Notes: a model not told the origin generated them from the sequence alone. 64,000 bases of DNA from Marispirochaeta sp. (GCA_963676835.2 CAXXFF010000004.1:384001-448000), one strand, 5' to 3'; positions 21,121 through 31,433 are shown, numbered from the stretch's first letter. Made by a program: numbers and translations.

Positions 21121-22728
21121 TTATGGCAGCTCCTTCAAGCCCAGCTCCCTCAAGAATTTATTATGTGCCGCCTTCGCACTGGCTATTTTCTTTTCAATAT
21201 CCACAAGCTCTTCATTCACCTCTGCAATATCGATAATCGGCTCTGGCTTCGCGGTGCTCACATACCGTGAAATATTAAGGTTATAGTCGTTCTTTTCAAT
21301 CTCTGTCATCGATACACAGCGGGAATAACGTTCTTCTTCCCTTCGGTATTGGTACGTATCGATAACTTTATTCAGGTGCTCTTCAGAAAGATAATTCTGC
21401 CCCTTCCCTTTTTCGAAATACTCACTGGCATTGATAAACAGAACATCATCAAACTTTTTACACTTCTTCAGAACAAGGATACAAACCGGAATGCCCGTTG
21501 AGAAAAAGAGATTCGCAGGCAGGCCGATAACGGTATCGATATTGCCATCAATGAGCAATTTTGTACGAATTCGTTCTTCCACTCCACTGCGAAACAAGAC
21601 ACCATGGGGAAGAATTATAGCCATGGTTCCTTCATCGCTCAGAAAATGAAACCCGTGCAACAAGAATGCAAAATCGGCTGCAGATTTTGGCGCAAGTCCA
21701 TAGCTTTTAAACCGGAAATCATCTGCCAAGGAATCATTTGGCTCCCAGCGGTAACTGAAAGGGGGATTTGCCACCACAGCGTCACATTCCAGCTTTTTTG
21801 CCGGGTTCAGTTCGTTTAAAATATCCCAGTCGTTGAGCAGAGAATCCCCATGGTAGATATGAAATTCCGTATCTTTCAAACCATGGAGCAGCATATTCAT
21901 CCGTGCAAGGTTGTAGGTGGTAATATTTTTTTCCTGCCCATATATCTGACCGATATTATTAGCTCCGAGCTGTTTTCTTACATTTAACAGAAGAGAGCCG
22001 GACCCGCAGGCAAAATCAAGTACTTTCTTAAGCTTCTTTTTTTTGCCCGAAGCGGGATTCTGGCTGTCCAATGTAACAATATGGGAGAGTATGCTTGAAA
22101 TCTGCTGGGGTGTATAAAACTCACCGGCTTTTTTCCCCGACCCGGAAGCGAATTGTCCAATCAGGTATTCGTAGGCATCGCCCAGAATGTCACTTTCTGT
22201 TGAAAACTCGGAAAGTCCTTCAGCTATTTTTGTTACAATTGTGCAGAGTTTGGCATTTCGAGCGGAATAGTTTTTGCCGAGTTTTTCTGAATCCAGGTTA
22301 ATTTCTGAGAACAGGCCCTGAAAGGTGCTTTCAAAGGAATCATTTTCGACATGCTTGAATCCGGCTTGCAGTGTTTTTAAGAGGTCGTCGCTCTGGGTTC
22401 TTGCCAGTTCGTAGATACTGCTCCAAAGGTATTCAGGACGAATAATGTAATGGACTTTACGGCGCATCTGTTTTTCGAATACTTCAGTGTCAGCCTTGTT
22501 TTCTTCATACCAGACAGAAAGGGGTGTTCTTTTGTCGTTATCCTCCAAAGCCGGATAGTCTTTACCCAGCTCTTTTTCTGCCGCAACTTCATAGTTATCC
22601 GAGAGGTAGCGTAAAAACAGGAAGGAGAGCATATAGTCACGGAAGTCATCGGCATTCATGGCTCCACGGAGTTGATCGGCTATTTTCCAGAGGGTGGCGC
22701 CTAATTGTTGTTGTAGTGTATCAGTCAT
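21121..22728 (-). CDS. hsdM: Type I R-M methyltransferase subunit M (m6A)
   Basis: LWKIADQLRG, GEFYTPQ, DFACGSGSLL and VANPPFS motifs. Confidence 0.96.
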   Translation of the reverse strand: MTDTLQQQLGATLWKIADQLRGAMNADDFRDYMLSFLFLRYLSDNYEVAAEKELGKDYPALEDNDKRTPLSVWYEENKADTEVFEKQMRRKVHYIIRPEYLWSSIYELARTQSDDLLKTLQAGFKHVENDSFESTFQGLFSEINLDSEKLGKNYSARNAKLCTIVTKIAEGLSEFSTESDILGDAYEYLIGQFASGSGKKAGEFYTPQQISSILSHIVTLDSQNPASGKKKKLKKVLDFACGSGSLLLNVRKQLGANNIGQIYGQEKNITTYNLARMNMLLHGLKDTEFHIYHGDSLLNDWDILNELNPAKKLECDAVVANPPFSYRWEPNDSLADDFRFKSYGLAPKSAADFAFLLHGFHFLSDEGTMAIILPHGVLFRSGVEERIRTKLLIDGNIDTVIGLPANLFFSTGIPVCILVLKKCKKFDDVLFINASEYFEKGKGQNYLSEEHLNKVIDTYQYRREEERYSRCVSMTEIEKNDYNLNISRYVSTAKPEPIIDIAEVNEELVDIEKKIASAKAAHNKFLRELGLKELP

Positions 22729-23176
22729 TGTTTATCCTTGTTAATCTTATCTGTAGTTTCCATTACTCTTTGCAGTTCGCGTTCAAGTTCGTCACGGTTT
22801 GGCAGATAGAGCTGGTAACGGCTGACAAACAATTGATTGGAAATATGTTCGGTATGCTCCAGGTCAATTTGTGAGACAATGTCTCACCTTTTGGGAAAAC
22901 CAAATAAAACCGCCTCATATAGGTCAGGTTAGAACGGCTGAATCCCTTTCCGTACCTACTGGTCAGGTCTTTCGAAAGACGCAGCAACAATTCCGCACCA
23001 TATTGAGCTCGGTCCGAACCACCCTGTTCAAACTCGACGATATGAAGTCCGATTTCCCAATTGGTTTCAACGAGCATAGTGTTTATTCGCTCAAAGGCTC
23101 TCTTGCGGCCTTCGTTTAGGGGTGAACCGATGGTTACTATCAGGGACGCATAATTGTTCTGAATTTCACTGCTCAT
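22725..23176 (-). pseudogene. Internally deleted DUF1016/YhcG-family nuclease gene
   Basis: The N-terminal DUF1016 part (to ...SHKLTWS) joins out of frame near 22854 to the family C-terminus EHISNQLFVSRYQLYLPNRDELERELQR...KQ*. Its TGA overlaps the hsdM ATG. The central nuclease domain is missing. Confidence 0.8.
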
Positions 23177-24468
23177 TCTCCCGCCTCATCAACTGATGGG
23201 AACAGTCCTTGCATCAAGCTTTTTTTGTGGGTTTTGAGAGCTTGGATTTTTTTAGATTGGACGGTGATGTGGTCATCGAGAGAAGAGAGGCAATCTGCTA
23301 TTATTTGTTGCTCTGGAATACTTGGGAGCCTAAATTTTGTTGAAGAGACTTCTGATTGACCAATTGTTGTCATTGTTGCTGTTTTAGCTTTAGATATCAG
23401 TTGGAATCGTACTAAATTAGTTTTTAGAACATAATGCAAAAACAATGGGAATATTAACTTTTGATTTGGTCTTAATCGAATTACATGACCATCAAAAGTT
23501 ACATCATCAGAGGAACCCAAATATATATTTGATTGGGCAATTCCCTCTTTTACTAAAGATGATCGAGTAAAAAATATATCACCATACTCAACTTTATTTT
23601 TTTCAAATTCGTTTTTCGATATATCCAGCAATGATAATTTTTTTTCATCAATTGTAGTATTATAATACATATCTAAAACATTAATAAGCTTGTACCCACT
23701 ACCGACCTTTTTGGGATCGTTAAAAACACCATTTGTCAATTTTTCTTCAGCTATATCAATCATTGATTTCGAAGACCACTCCCCCTGACCCCGAAACTCC
23801 GGAAATCGCAATTCCGGTACGGTTTTCCCTTCAGCGGGAAAAAGCTTTTGCATCAGTCCTTTTTTATGGGAGTTATAAGCTTCGAGTTTATTTGCTTCAA
23901 CGCTGATAAGTTCATCCAGAGACGTAAGGCAATCGGCAATTTTTTGCTGTTCGGAAGGATCAGGTACAACTATTTCCCCACCCAAAACAGCAAAGTTATT
24001 TACCTTCATGTCATTTTTCGCACCTTTTCTAACAATTGGTTGTAAATAGCTGTTCAAGTTATAATCATTTGAAAAATAAAAATCTAAATAGGTTGAATTT
24101 CCTTTATCTGTAGGACGGTAAACAGCATAAAGAGTAGAAACAATCCCTGGCTTGCCTTTATTTTCTTTAATTATTCCAAATGGGTTCTGTTTTAATGGAC
24201 TTTTTGTATAAACGATATCCCCAGTCTCAACTACATGATAATCCTTTACACTGGCACCAGCGTATGAGCGTCCAAGCAACTCAATTTGATTTACGCAACC
24301 ATAATCCCCAGATACAGAAAGAACCTGTTCTCGACTAAATTTTAAATCTCGATTCCGAGTTTTTGTTTCTGTAAGTAGTTCACTTAAAGGTTTTTCTTCC
24401 CACTCTCCGCTATCCCGAAACTCCGGAAACCTGTATCTCGGCACCAGCGCCTTCTTATTCCTACTCAT
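23173..24468 (-). CDS. hsdS: Type I R-M specificity subunit S
   Basis: Two TRDs separated by repeated conserved blocks (RFPEFR..GEW; EQQ.IADCL.SLD; KK.LMQ.LFP). Confidence 0.95.
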   Translation of the reverse strand: MSRNKKALVPRYRFPEFRDSGEWEEKPLSELLTETKTRNRDLKFSREQVLSVSGDYGCVNQIELLGRSYAGASVKDYHVVETGDIVYTKSPLKQNPFGIIKENKGKPGIVSTLYAVYRPTDKGNSTYLDFYFSNDYNLNSYLQPIVRKGAKNDMKVNNFAVLGGEIVVPDPSEQQKIADCLTSLDELISVEANKLEAYNSHKKGLMQKLFPAEGKTVPELRFPEFRGQGEWSSKSMIDIAEEKLTNGVFNDPKKVGSGYKLINVLDMYYNTTIDEKKLSLLDISKNEFEKNKVEYGDIFFTRSSLVKEGIAQSNIYLGSSDDVTFDGHVIRLRPNQKLIFPLFLHYVLKTNLVRFQLISKAKTATMTTIGQSEVSSTKFRLPSIPEQQIIADCLSSLDDHITVQSKKIQALKTHKKSLMQGLFPSVDEAGE

Positions 24469-25471
24469 CATCCTCATCCCAAGGTTGCTCAACAAGCAGT
24501 TCACGCAATTTTTCCCGTATCAGCTTTTTATCCGGCAGCTTCAACTGATACTCAGCAATCAAAGCAGGCGACAAATTACGGGAAAGCGCATATTCCACAA
24601 CCTCATCATCCTTATCATGGCAAAGCAGTACACCAATGCTCGGATTTTCATGAGGCTTCTTAACATCTCTGTCCAGAGCCTCCAGATAAAAACCAAGCTG
24701 CCCCAGATGTTCCGGTTTAAACTTACCTATCTTCAATTCAAATGCAATCAGAGCAGAAAGCTCCCGGTGAAAAAATAAAAGATCAATGAAAAAATCCTGG
24801 TTGCCAACCTGCAGACGGTACTCTTCACTTATAAAAATAAAGTCTCTACCCAGCTCGAGGATAAAGGCTTTCATATTATTTACAAGAGACCTTTTCAAGT
24901 CATTTTCGCTATGAATCTCCGGCAGCCCCAAAAACTCAAGTACATAATTATCTTTAAAAATATGTCGTATATTGGATTGAGATTCTCTCAACACCGGTGA
25001 GACATTTGTGCTGCCCGACACAGCCCGCTCAAAGTAAGCTGAATCAATTTGCCGTTCCAGCTCGCGCTTGCTCAGTTTATTATTTATTACCAGACGAACA
25101 TAAAATTCTCTCTCTGCGTCTTCTTTACATCGTGAGAAAATAGCAAGATTATGCGACCAGGGTAATTCTCTCACCAGCGGTGAGAGTTTTTCATTTTCAT
25201 GGTAGGTTTCGTAAAACTGCTTCATCCGCCAGAGGTTTTTATCGCTGAAACCTCTTATTCCCGGGTCATTGGCAACAATATACCGGGACAGCTCATTTAC
25301 AACGCCTTTCCCCCAATCAGCCGATTTTACCTTATTGCTGATATACTTTCCTATCTGCCAGTACAACTCAATGAGAGTGGTGTTCATCTGACTGTATGCT
25401 TTCTGACGCTGCTGGTGTATCAAGGCGAGAAGAGCATCAAAATCTTTTTGCGTAGGACTTTTATCACTCAT
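24461..25471 (-). CDS. DUF1016/YhcG PD-(D/E)xK nuclease-family protein
   Basis: LYWQIG, GFSDKNLWRMKQFY, LPWSHN, IDLLFFHREL...ELK, GQLGFY and ENPSIGVLLC motifs. Confidence 0.92.
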   Translation of the reverse strand: MSDKSPTQKDFDALLALIHQQRQKAYSQMNTTLIELYWQIGKYISNKVKSADWGKGVVNELSRYIVANDPGIRGFSDKNLWRMKQFYETYHENEKLSPLVRELPWSHNLAIFSRCKEDAEREFYVRLVINNKLSKRELERQIDSAYFERAVSGSTNVSPVLRESQSNIRHIFKDNYVLEFLGLPEIHSENDLKRSLVNNMKAFILELGRDFIFISEEYRLQVGNQDFFIDLLFFHRELSALIAFELKIGKFKPEHLGQLGFYLEALDRDVKKPHENPSIGVLLCHDKDDEVVEYALSRNLSPALIAEYQLKLPDKKLIREKLRELLVEQPWDEDDE

Positions 25472-25489
25472 ATACTTTATCCATGAGCT

Positions 25490-28486
25490 TTACTCATAAG
25501 AATCCAATCCGTAAATTTCACGACCTCCGGCAAGTTTTTTTAATACTGGTACTAAATCTTCCATCAATTCCAGTTCTTTAGATAAGCGATCCTTCCAGCC
25601 CAACCCAAGAGGTTCCAGCAAATCGCTGAGTTTCTCACCATCAAATACCATACGATCAATAATTGCATCTACAAAAGCCTGAAGTGCAACCACGTCAAGT
25701 CCGTACGTATCGGCAATATCAGCCATTTCTTTGGCTGCTTTCTCTGTTTTAAATTTCTGATAGCCCTCTTTAATCTCTTTTTCGTTCAATGCTTCACCAG
25801 CTTTAAGAGTATTGATGTAGTCAATAATATCTTCCCGTTCTTCCATAAGGTTGGAACTGGAACACAGCATACTGACTAGCTGATTGCGGTTCATCTTCTG
25901 CTTTTTGGGCTCGCTCTGGGTAAATTTGGAAATCAAAGACATAATATAGTCATAATCGATAATTGCAGAGGAAAAGAGGATAAACTCAAAATCCAATTGT
26001 GCGATTTCCGGATCCAGATCGCTTCCGGATTTTTGTTGAGTTTCCTTTAACTTCTGGGCAATTTCAATATAAGAACTTCTGAAAGAGCGTAATTCGTCTT
26101 CCGAGATCAAAGCATTTATTTGAGCTTTCTGCGCATAGGTCAAATCGGTATATTGATCCAGCTGGGTTTTCAGGCGCTGGACTTCCTTGAACTGATTAAT
26201 AAAATTGATTCGGGAAGTGTCACCCTTTAGATTGTACACTTCCTGGGGAGAACATACCAAATCACGATCCTTCATAAAAGCATCTAAAGATTCAAGGGCC
26301 TTTTTATACTTATCTATAACAACAGGAGCAGGATCAACCAGCCAAATCTCTTTCGACTTTCCCGTCTCTTCGCCGGAAAAAAGCGCAATGGCTGCATCTA
26401 CTTCCTTAGTCTGGCTTCTAAAGTCCAGGATATTTCCATAGGGCTTGGTATCATTTAACACCCGGTTTGTTCTTGAGAAAGCCTGAATTAAACCATGCTG
26501 CTTAAGATTCTTGTCAACGTACAAAGTATTCAGATACTTCGAATCGAAACCCGTTAAAAGCATATCTACGACGATGGTCACGTCGATTTTATTTTTGTGA
26601 GGAGAATCAGCATTGCTGTATTTATGATCTTTAATTCTTTTTTGAACATCCTGATAGTACAAATCGAATTCGTTTATCCCATGGTTTGTACTGTATTGGC
26701 TGTTATAATCAGCAATAATGGCTTTTAAAGCCTCTTTTTTCTTCTCCGGCTCCTGTTCATTGTCTGCTTTTTCCTGAGGTAAATCTTCCTGAATCTGCTG
26801 CACATCTCTGTTACCCTCCGCCGGCGGGGAGAAAACACATGCAATGTTCAAAGGTATGTAACTATCATCCTCTTTCAAAAACTTTGTTTGTATTGCTTTG
26901 AAAAGGTCATAATATTCTATGGCATCATTTATAGAACCAGTAGCCAGCAGAGCATTGAATCGCCTCGAGTTGGTAGCGGCATTATGCTTTTCTATAATAG
27001 ATTCCACGATAGCTTTTTTACCGGCGGCATTTGATGATGCAGCTTTTTTCTTGTTATCGGGTTTGAAATAATCCACATGAAAACGCAACACATTTCCATC
27101 ATCAATAGCATGAGTAATGGTATATGCATGCAATTGTTTTTCAAAAATATCATTAGTAGTTTTATACGAGGCTTGAGTACCGTTTATCTGTTTGTATGTT
27201 GCATTTTCCTCAAATATCGGGGTACCGGTGAATCCGAACAGCTGGGCCTTTGGAAAAAACTCTTTTATAGCCTTATGGTTGTCTCCAAACTGTGAACGAT
27301 GACATTCATCGAAAATAATCGCAATCCTTTTATTCCGAAGGGGCAACAGCCTTTCTTTATAGGTAAGTTTACCGCTTTCTTTACTCTTCTGGTTGCGCCT
27401 GCTGTTTTCATCAAGAGCAAGACCAAGTTTCTGGATGGTAGAGACGATAACCTTGTCGGCATAAACTTCTGACAGCAGCCTCTGCACCAGGGCTTCTGTA
27501 TTGGTATTCTGTTCAACACAGCCTTCCTGAAACTTGTTAAACTCCTCCCTGGTCTGCTTATCGAGATCCTTTCGGTCAACCACAAACAGGCATTTCTCAA
27601 TATCCGGATTATCTTTCAACAGAGTTGAGGCCTTGAACGAAGTAAGTGTTTTCCCGCTTCCGGTGGTGTGCCAGATATATCCGTTGCCCCGATTCTGATT
27701 AATGCAATCCACAATAGCCTTAACCGCATAAATCTGATAAGGCCGCATAATCATCAGTTTTTGTTCGCTTACTACCAGCACCATATAGCGGCTTATCAAT
27801 TGACCAAGTGTACATTTAGCAAGAAAACCTTCAGAGAAATCATGCAAATGAGTAATTTTCTTGTTAGCTTCATCGGCTAACTGGTAGATTGGCAGGAAGC
27901 GTTCATCTGCATTGAACGCAAAATGGTCTTTATGATTATTGGCGAAATAGTAAGTATTGGTCTCATTGCTGACAATAAAAAGCTGCATAAAGCAGAGTAG
28001 TGAATTGGTATAGCCGTTACCGGGGTCATTTTTATAATCGACAATCTGTTCCATCGCACGCTTTGGGGTGACTTGAAGAGTTTTAAGCTCAATTTGAACT
28101 GCCGGTACACCATTAATCAAAATAATCACATCGTATCGGTGATGGCTGCTTTCTGTATTCATTCGCAGCTGATTGATAACCTCAAACTCGTTTTTACACC
28201 AATCCCTGATATTTACCAAAGTATATTGCAGTGGTGTATCATCATCTCTCCGGAAAGTATTTGTTTCCCTTAATCTCTTAGCAGCAGAGAACACATCGGC
28301 GGTGATAATTTCATCCCTTAGTCGGGCATACTCGGCATCACTCAGATTTACTTTATTGAGTCGTTGAAAATGTTCTCTGAAATTTGCTTCAAGGGAAGCT
28401 TTATCCCGTATATCATTGCGATATGTATATTTCAAATCTTTGAGTTTAGAAATGAACTCTTCTTCAATCTGCTGTTCTTTTTTCAT
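25490..28486 (-). CDS. hsdR: Type I R-M restriction subunit R (EcoR124-like)
   Basis: YDV...QIELK nuclease, WHTTGSGKT Walker A, DECHRSQ, FTGTP and QAFSRTNR motifs. Confidence 0.96.
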   Translation of the reverse strand: MKKEQQIEEEFISKLKDLKYTYRNDIRDKASLEANFREHFQRLNKVNLSDAEYARLRDEIITADVFSAAKRLRETNTFRRDDDTPLQYTLVNIRDWCKNEFEVINQLRMNTESSHHRYDVIILINGVPAVQIELKTLQVTPKRAMEQIVDYKNDPGNGYTNSLLCFMQLFIVSNETNTYYFANNHKDHFAFNADERFLPIYQLADEANKKITHLHDFSEGFLAKCTLGQLISRYMVLVVSEQKLMIMRPYQIYAVKAIVDCINQNRGNGYIWHTTGSGKTLTSFKASTLLKDNPDIEKCLFVVDRKDLDKQTREEFNKFQEGCVEQNTNTEALVQRLLSEVYADKVIVSTIQKLGLALDENSRRNQKSKESGKLTYKERLLPLRNKRIAIIFDECHRSQFGDNHKAIKEFFPKAQLFGFTGTPIFEENATYKQINGTQASYKTTNDIFEKQLHAYTITHAIDDGNVLRFHVDYFKPDNKKKAASSNAAGKKAIVESIIEKHNAATNSRRFNALLATGSINDAIEYYDLFKAIQTKFLKEDDSYIPLNIACVFSPPAEGNRDVQQIQEDLPQEKADNEQEPEKKKEALKAIIADYNSQYSTNHGINEFDLYYQDVQKRIKDHKYSNADSPHKNKIDVTIVVDMLLTGFDSKYLNTLYVDKNLKQHGLIQAFSRTNRVLNDTKPYGNILDFRSQTKEVDAAIALFSGEETGKSKEIWLVDPAPVVIDKYKKALESLDAFMKDRDLVCSPQEVYNLKGDTSRINFINQFKEVQRLKTQLDQYTDLTYAQKAQINALISEDELRSFRSSYIEIAQKLKETQQKSGSDLDPEIAQLDFEFILFSSAIIDYDYIMSLISKFTQSEPKKQKMNRNQLVSMLCSSSNLMEEREDIIDYINTLKAGEALNEKEIKEGYQKFKTEKAAKEMADIADTYGLDVVALQAFVDAIIDRMVFDGEKLSDLLEPLGLGWKDRLSKELELMEDLVPVLKKLAGGREIYGLDSYE

Positions 28487-28605
28487 TTCATAATCCTGAA
28501 ATTACCTGAAGTAAAACCTTATTGGCTAAGGCTTAAACATAATACCAGATTCTATACTTTTGTAGGTATGCTTTTTCTATGCAGTCAGGTGTAGAAGTAT
28601 TTAAA

Positions 28606-28627
28606 CTCTTCAGCCGGATTGGAATCG
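28606..28627. repeat. Right copy of 22-bp direct repeat bounding the R-M island
   Basis: CTCTTCAGCCGGATTGGAATCG, identical to 20934-20955. Confidence 0.9.
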
Positions 28628-28684
28628 TCTCTTATACTATACCACAGAGTGTACGCCGCCGGAAGATATCTCTATACTGATGCC

Positions 28685-29437
28685 ATGACAGAAAACAGTG
28701 TCTTTGAAATGATAGCAGAATCCGACCATATAGTTGTAATTACCGGTGCCGGCATATCCACCGGAGCAGGGATACAGGACTTCCGCAGCCCGGGAGGGCT
28801 CTACTCAACGGCGGTTCAGCGCTACGGTCTCCCCTTTCCCGAAGCAATATTCGACCTGGGGTATTTTCTCAAGAACCCGGAACCCTTTTTCAGGCTCAGC
28901 GCGGAAATGCTCCTCAAGGACATTCAGCCCACCGCTTGCCACCGCTTGCTTGCACAGCTTGAAGATACCGGGAAAAAAGTACAAATCGTAACCCAGAACA
29001 TCGACATGCTGCATGAAAAAGCGGGGTCTTCGGAAGTTGTTGAATGTCACGGCTCCTACCGCAGCGGCTGCTGCATGGACTGCCGCAGGAAGTACAGCTA
29101 TGCCCGCTTCAGTGAACCGCTGCTGGAGGGAAAGATTCCCCGCTGCAGCTGCGGAGGCGTAATAAAACCGGATGTGGTGTTCTTCGGCGAAAGCCTGCCT
29201 GAAGAGTTCCTGAGCCTCTATGAGAACCCGCCCCGGCCGGACCTGGTTATCGTCATGGGAACATCCCTGACTGTACACCCTGTTGCAGGCTTTGCAGTGA
29301 CAATGGCAAAAGAGAACCGATCGATCCTGGTTAACCGGGACCCTACGGACTACAGTGAAATCTTCGATAACCTCTTTCTGGGCGACCTGGATGAGTTTGC
29401 TGTTCAAGGAGAAGCACAACTCCTTCATTTAGGTTAG
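28685..29437 (+). CDS. cobB: Sir2-family NAD-dependent protein deacylase
   Basis: TGAGISTGAGIQDFRS, TQNIDMLH, HGS, Zn-binding CxxC/CxC, KPDVVFFGE and GTSL motifs. Confidence 0.9.
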   Translation: MTENSVFEMIAESDHIVVITGAGISTGAGIQDFRSPGGLYSTAVQRYGLPFPEAIFDLGYFLKNPEPFFRLSAEMLLKDIQPTACHRLLAQLEDTGKKVQIVTQNIDMLHEKAGSSEVVECHGSYRSGCCMDCRRKYSYARFSEPLLEGKIPRCSCGGVIKPDVVFFGESLPEEFLSLYENPPRPDLVIVMGTSLTVHPVAGFAVTMAKENRSILVNRDPTDYSEIFDNLFLGDLDEFAVQGEAQLLHLG

Positions 29438-29522
29438 ACGGATATATAATTCATATAAGATATCCGTTAAACAGGTACCGGACACCTTGGCTGCAGGCAG
29501 GGAACGGCTATTATGGGTAATT

Positions 29523-30005
29523 ATGATTTTATTTATAGCCATCATTGCCGCCTACCTGCTTTTATCAAACCTGATCAGCTACCGGCTGCTCAAATATCGC
29601 ATTGTCAACAGCAGAGACTGGGATCTTAATATCTGCTGCGGCAAAACAGATGCGGGTAAGGTGAATGCGGATATAATCCGCCACGCTGAAATCCCCAACT
29701 TTGTCCTCATCGACAGCATATATCAGCTGCCCTTTAAAGACGGGGAGTTCGGCTCGGTCCTCTGTTCGCACACCATGGAGCATGTGGATGATCCGGAACG
29801 CTTCTTTAATGAACTGAAAAGAGTGGGAGATGAGGTTGTACTGGTAACGCCTCCTCTTTACGACCTTCCGGCACTGCTCAATGTTTTTGAACACAAATGG
29901 ATATTCTTAAGCTTCAGGAAAAAACATACCAGCCTCCCTCCCCGGATACGGGTGCCCTTTTCGGATTTTGTTCAGAGGCGATGGGGGCAGGTAAAGAAGG
30001 CTTAA
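29523..30005 (+). CDS. Membrane-anchored class I SAM-methyltransferase-like protein
   Basis: N-terminal TM, LNICCG, LPFKDGEFGSVLCSHTMEHVDDP. Start uncertain (29487 or 29523). Confidence 0.7.
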   Translation: MILFIAIIAAYLLLSNLISYRLLKYRIVNSRDWDLNICCGKTDAGKVNADIIRHAEIPNFVLIDSIYQLPFKDGEFGSVLCSHTMEHVDDPERFFNELKRVGDEVVLVTPPLYDLPALLNVFEHKWIFLSFRKKHTSLPPRIRVPFSDFVQRRWGQVKKA

Positions 30006-30133
30006 ACCTCCTACCTTAGAGTGTGTTTTAATCTTATTTTCCCACTTCCTGGTAGGACATATTCAAATACCGCACGTAATGTAGGAAAATAACTTCTTTC
30101 TTACAGTAAAGTTACTTAAAGGTAAAAAAGCGC

Positions 30134-30149
30134 TGGCATGGTATTTGCA
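30134..30149 (+). promoter_or_regulatory. sigma54 (-24/-12) promoter of amtB-glnK
   Basis: TGGCATGGTATTTGCA: GG-N10-GC with near-consensus flanks, 34 bp upstream of amtB. Confidence 0.8.
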
Positions 30150-30183
30150 CTTTCGTAGGACTACTTAAAAGAAGGAGGCCTAT

Positions 30184-31407
30184 GTGAATGCAGTAGAGCT
30201 ACAGAGCATCCACAATCTGGACGTACTGTTTCTGTTTGTGGGGGCAGTTATGATTTTCTCCATGCATTCCGGATTCGCATTTCTGGAAGTTGGATCGGTT
30301 AGAAAAAAAAGTCAGGTAAATGCCCTGAACAAAATTATCTTTGAATGGGCAACATCGACGGTTATCTATTTTATAGTTGGATTCCCCATTGCCTACGGAA
30401 TAAAATCTCTCAATTTCTGGCAGAGCGCAGCAACACTGACTGCATCGAGCCCGGTAGACATGGTTCGCTTCTTTCTGCTCCTGGGGTTTGCCGCCTGTAT
30501 TCCGGCAATCATTTCCGGTGGTGTGGCAGAGCGGGCGAAATTCTGGACAAACACCATGGCTGGAGCAATATTTGTCGGCCTGGTTTATCCATTTTTTGAA
30601 GCCTTAACCTGGGGACAGATTCCCCTTTTTGGAGCAGGCTCCTGGCTCGAGGGACTCACCGGCTATGCTTTTCATGATTACGCAGGGTCCGTAGTTGTCC
30701 ACTCCATGGGCGGCTGGCTGGCACTGCCTGCAGTACTTATCCTTGGACCACGGCGAAAACGCTATGGCCTGGACGGATCCAGCGCGCCAATACGGGTCTC
30801 AAGCATCCCCTTTCTTGCCCTGGGAAGCTGGATTCTTTGTGTCGGCTGGTTCGGATTCAACGTAATGAGCGCAGGCTCTCTCTCAGCAATGAGCGGCCTG
30901 GTAGCTATCAATTCCCTGCTGGCCATGGTGGGAGGAATAATCTCGGGCATGCTTCTTTCAAAGAATGATGCGGGATTTACCCACAACGGCGCCCTTGCCG
31001 GCCTTGTAGCGGTCTGCGCCGGAAGCGACATCTTCCACCCCCTGGCAGCCCTCTTTGTGGGACTTGCCGCGGGAGCTATTTTTGTATTCGGCTTTCACTT
31101 TGTAACAGAACGGCTGCGCATCGATGATGTTTTAGGCGTCTGGCCGCTGCATGGCCTCTGCGGGACATGGGGCGGTCTTGCAGCCGGGATTCTGGGAATT
31201 CCGTTCTTCGGCGGACTGGGGGGAGTCTCCTTTGTATCCCAGGTTATCCCTGTAGCATTTCAGATCCTGCTCTCTTTTACCGCCAGCGCTCTGGTGTACG
31301 GAGTGCTGAAAGTGACTTTCGGTATTCGCCTTACAGAGCAGCAGGAAATCCAGGGCGCGGACCTTGCCATACACCACGTCGAAGCCAATCCGGAAGAGGC
31401 GCTTTAA
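30184..31407 (+). CDS. amtB: Ammonium transporter
   Basis: GFAFLEVG, HDYAGSVVVHSMGG, GWFGFN and DD.LGVWPLHG twin-His motifs; AGGAGG SD with GTG start. Confidence 0.95.
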   Translation: MNAVELQSIHNLDVLFLFVGAVMIFSMHSGFAFLEVGSVRKKSQVNALNKIIFEWATSTVIYFIVGFPIAYGIKSLNFWQSAATLTASSPVDMVRFFLLLGFAACIPAIISGGVAERAKFWTNTMAGAIFVGLVYPFFEALTWGQIPLFGAGSWLEGLTGYAFHDYAGSVVVHSMGGWLALPAVLILGPRRKRYGLDGSSAPIRVSSIPFLALGSWILCVGWFGFNVMSAGSLSAMSGLVAINSLLAMVGGIISGMLLSKNDAGFTHNGALAGLVAVCAGSDIFHPLAALFVGLAAGAIFVFGFHFVTERLRIDDVLGVWPLHGLCGTWGGLAAGILGIPFFGGLGGVSFVSQVIPVAFQILLSFTASALVYGVLKVTFGIRLTEQQEIQGADLAIHHVEANPEEAL

Positions 31408-31433
31408 AAAAATCCTGCATAAAGGAGATACAC

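Larger units (their letters stand above)
20934..28627. mobile_element. Direct-repeat-flanked defence island (type I R-M plus DUF1016), no integrase
   Basis: Perfect 22-bp direct repeats, AT-richer composition, cargo of only hsd and DUF1016 genes. Confidence 0.65.

Noticed and set aside
23770..24432. Repeated CCGAAACTCCGGAAA within hsdS as shufflon or inversion sites
   Set aside because: The copies are direct repeats encoding the normal duplicated RFPEFR block; there is no second hsdS and no invertase.
28685..29437. Sir2 gene beside the R-M locus as an anti-phage NADase (Thoeris/DSR type)
   Set aside because: It is a short canonical deacylase with a Zn-binding module, has no partner domain and lies outside the direct repeat.
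31167..31433. N-terminally extended PII (202 aa)
   Set aside because: The extension overlaps amtB; a strong SD and a canonical PII start lie at 31434.
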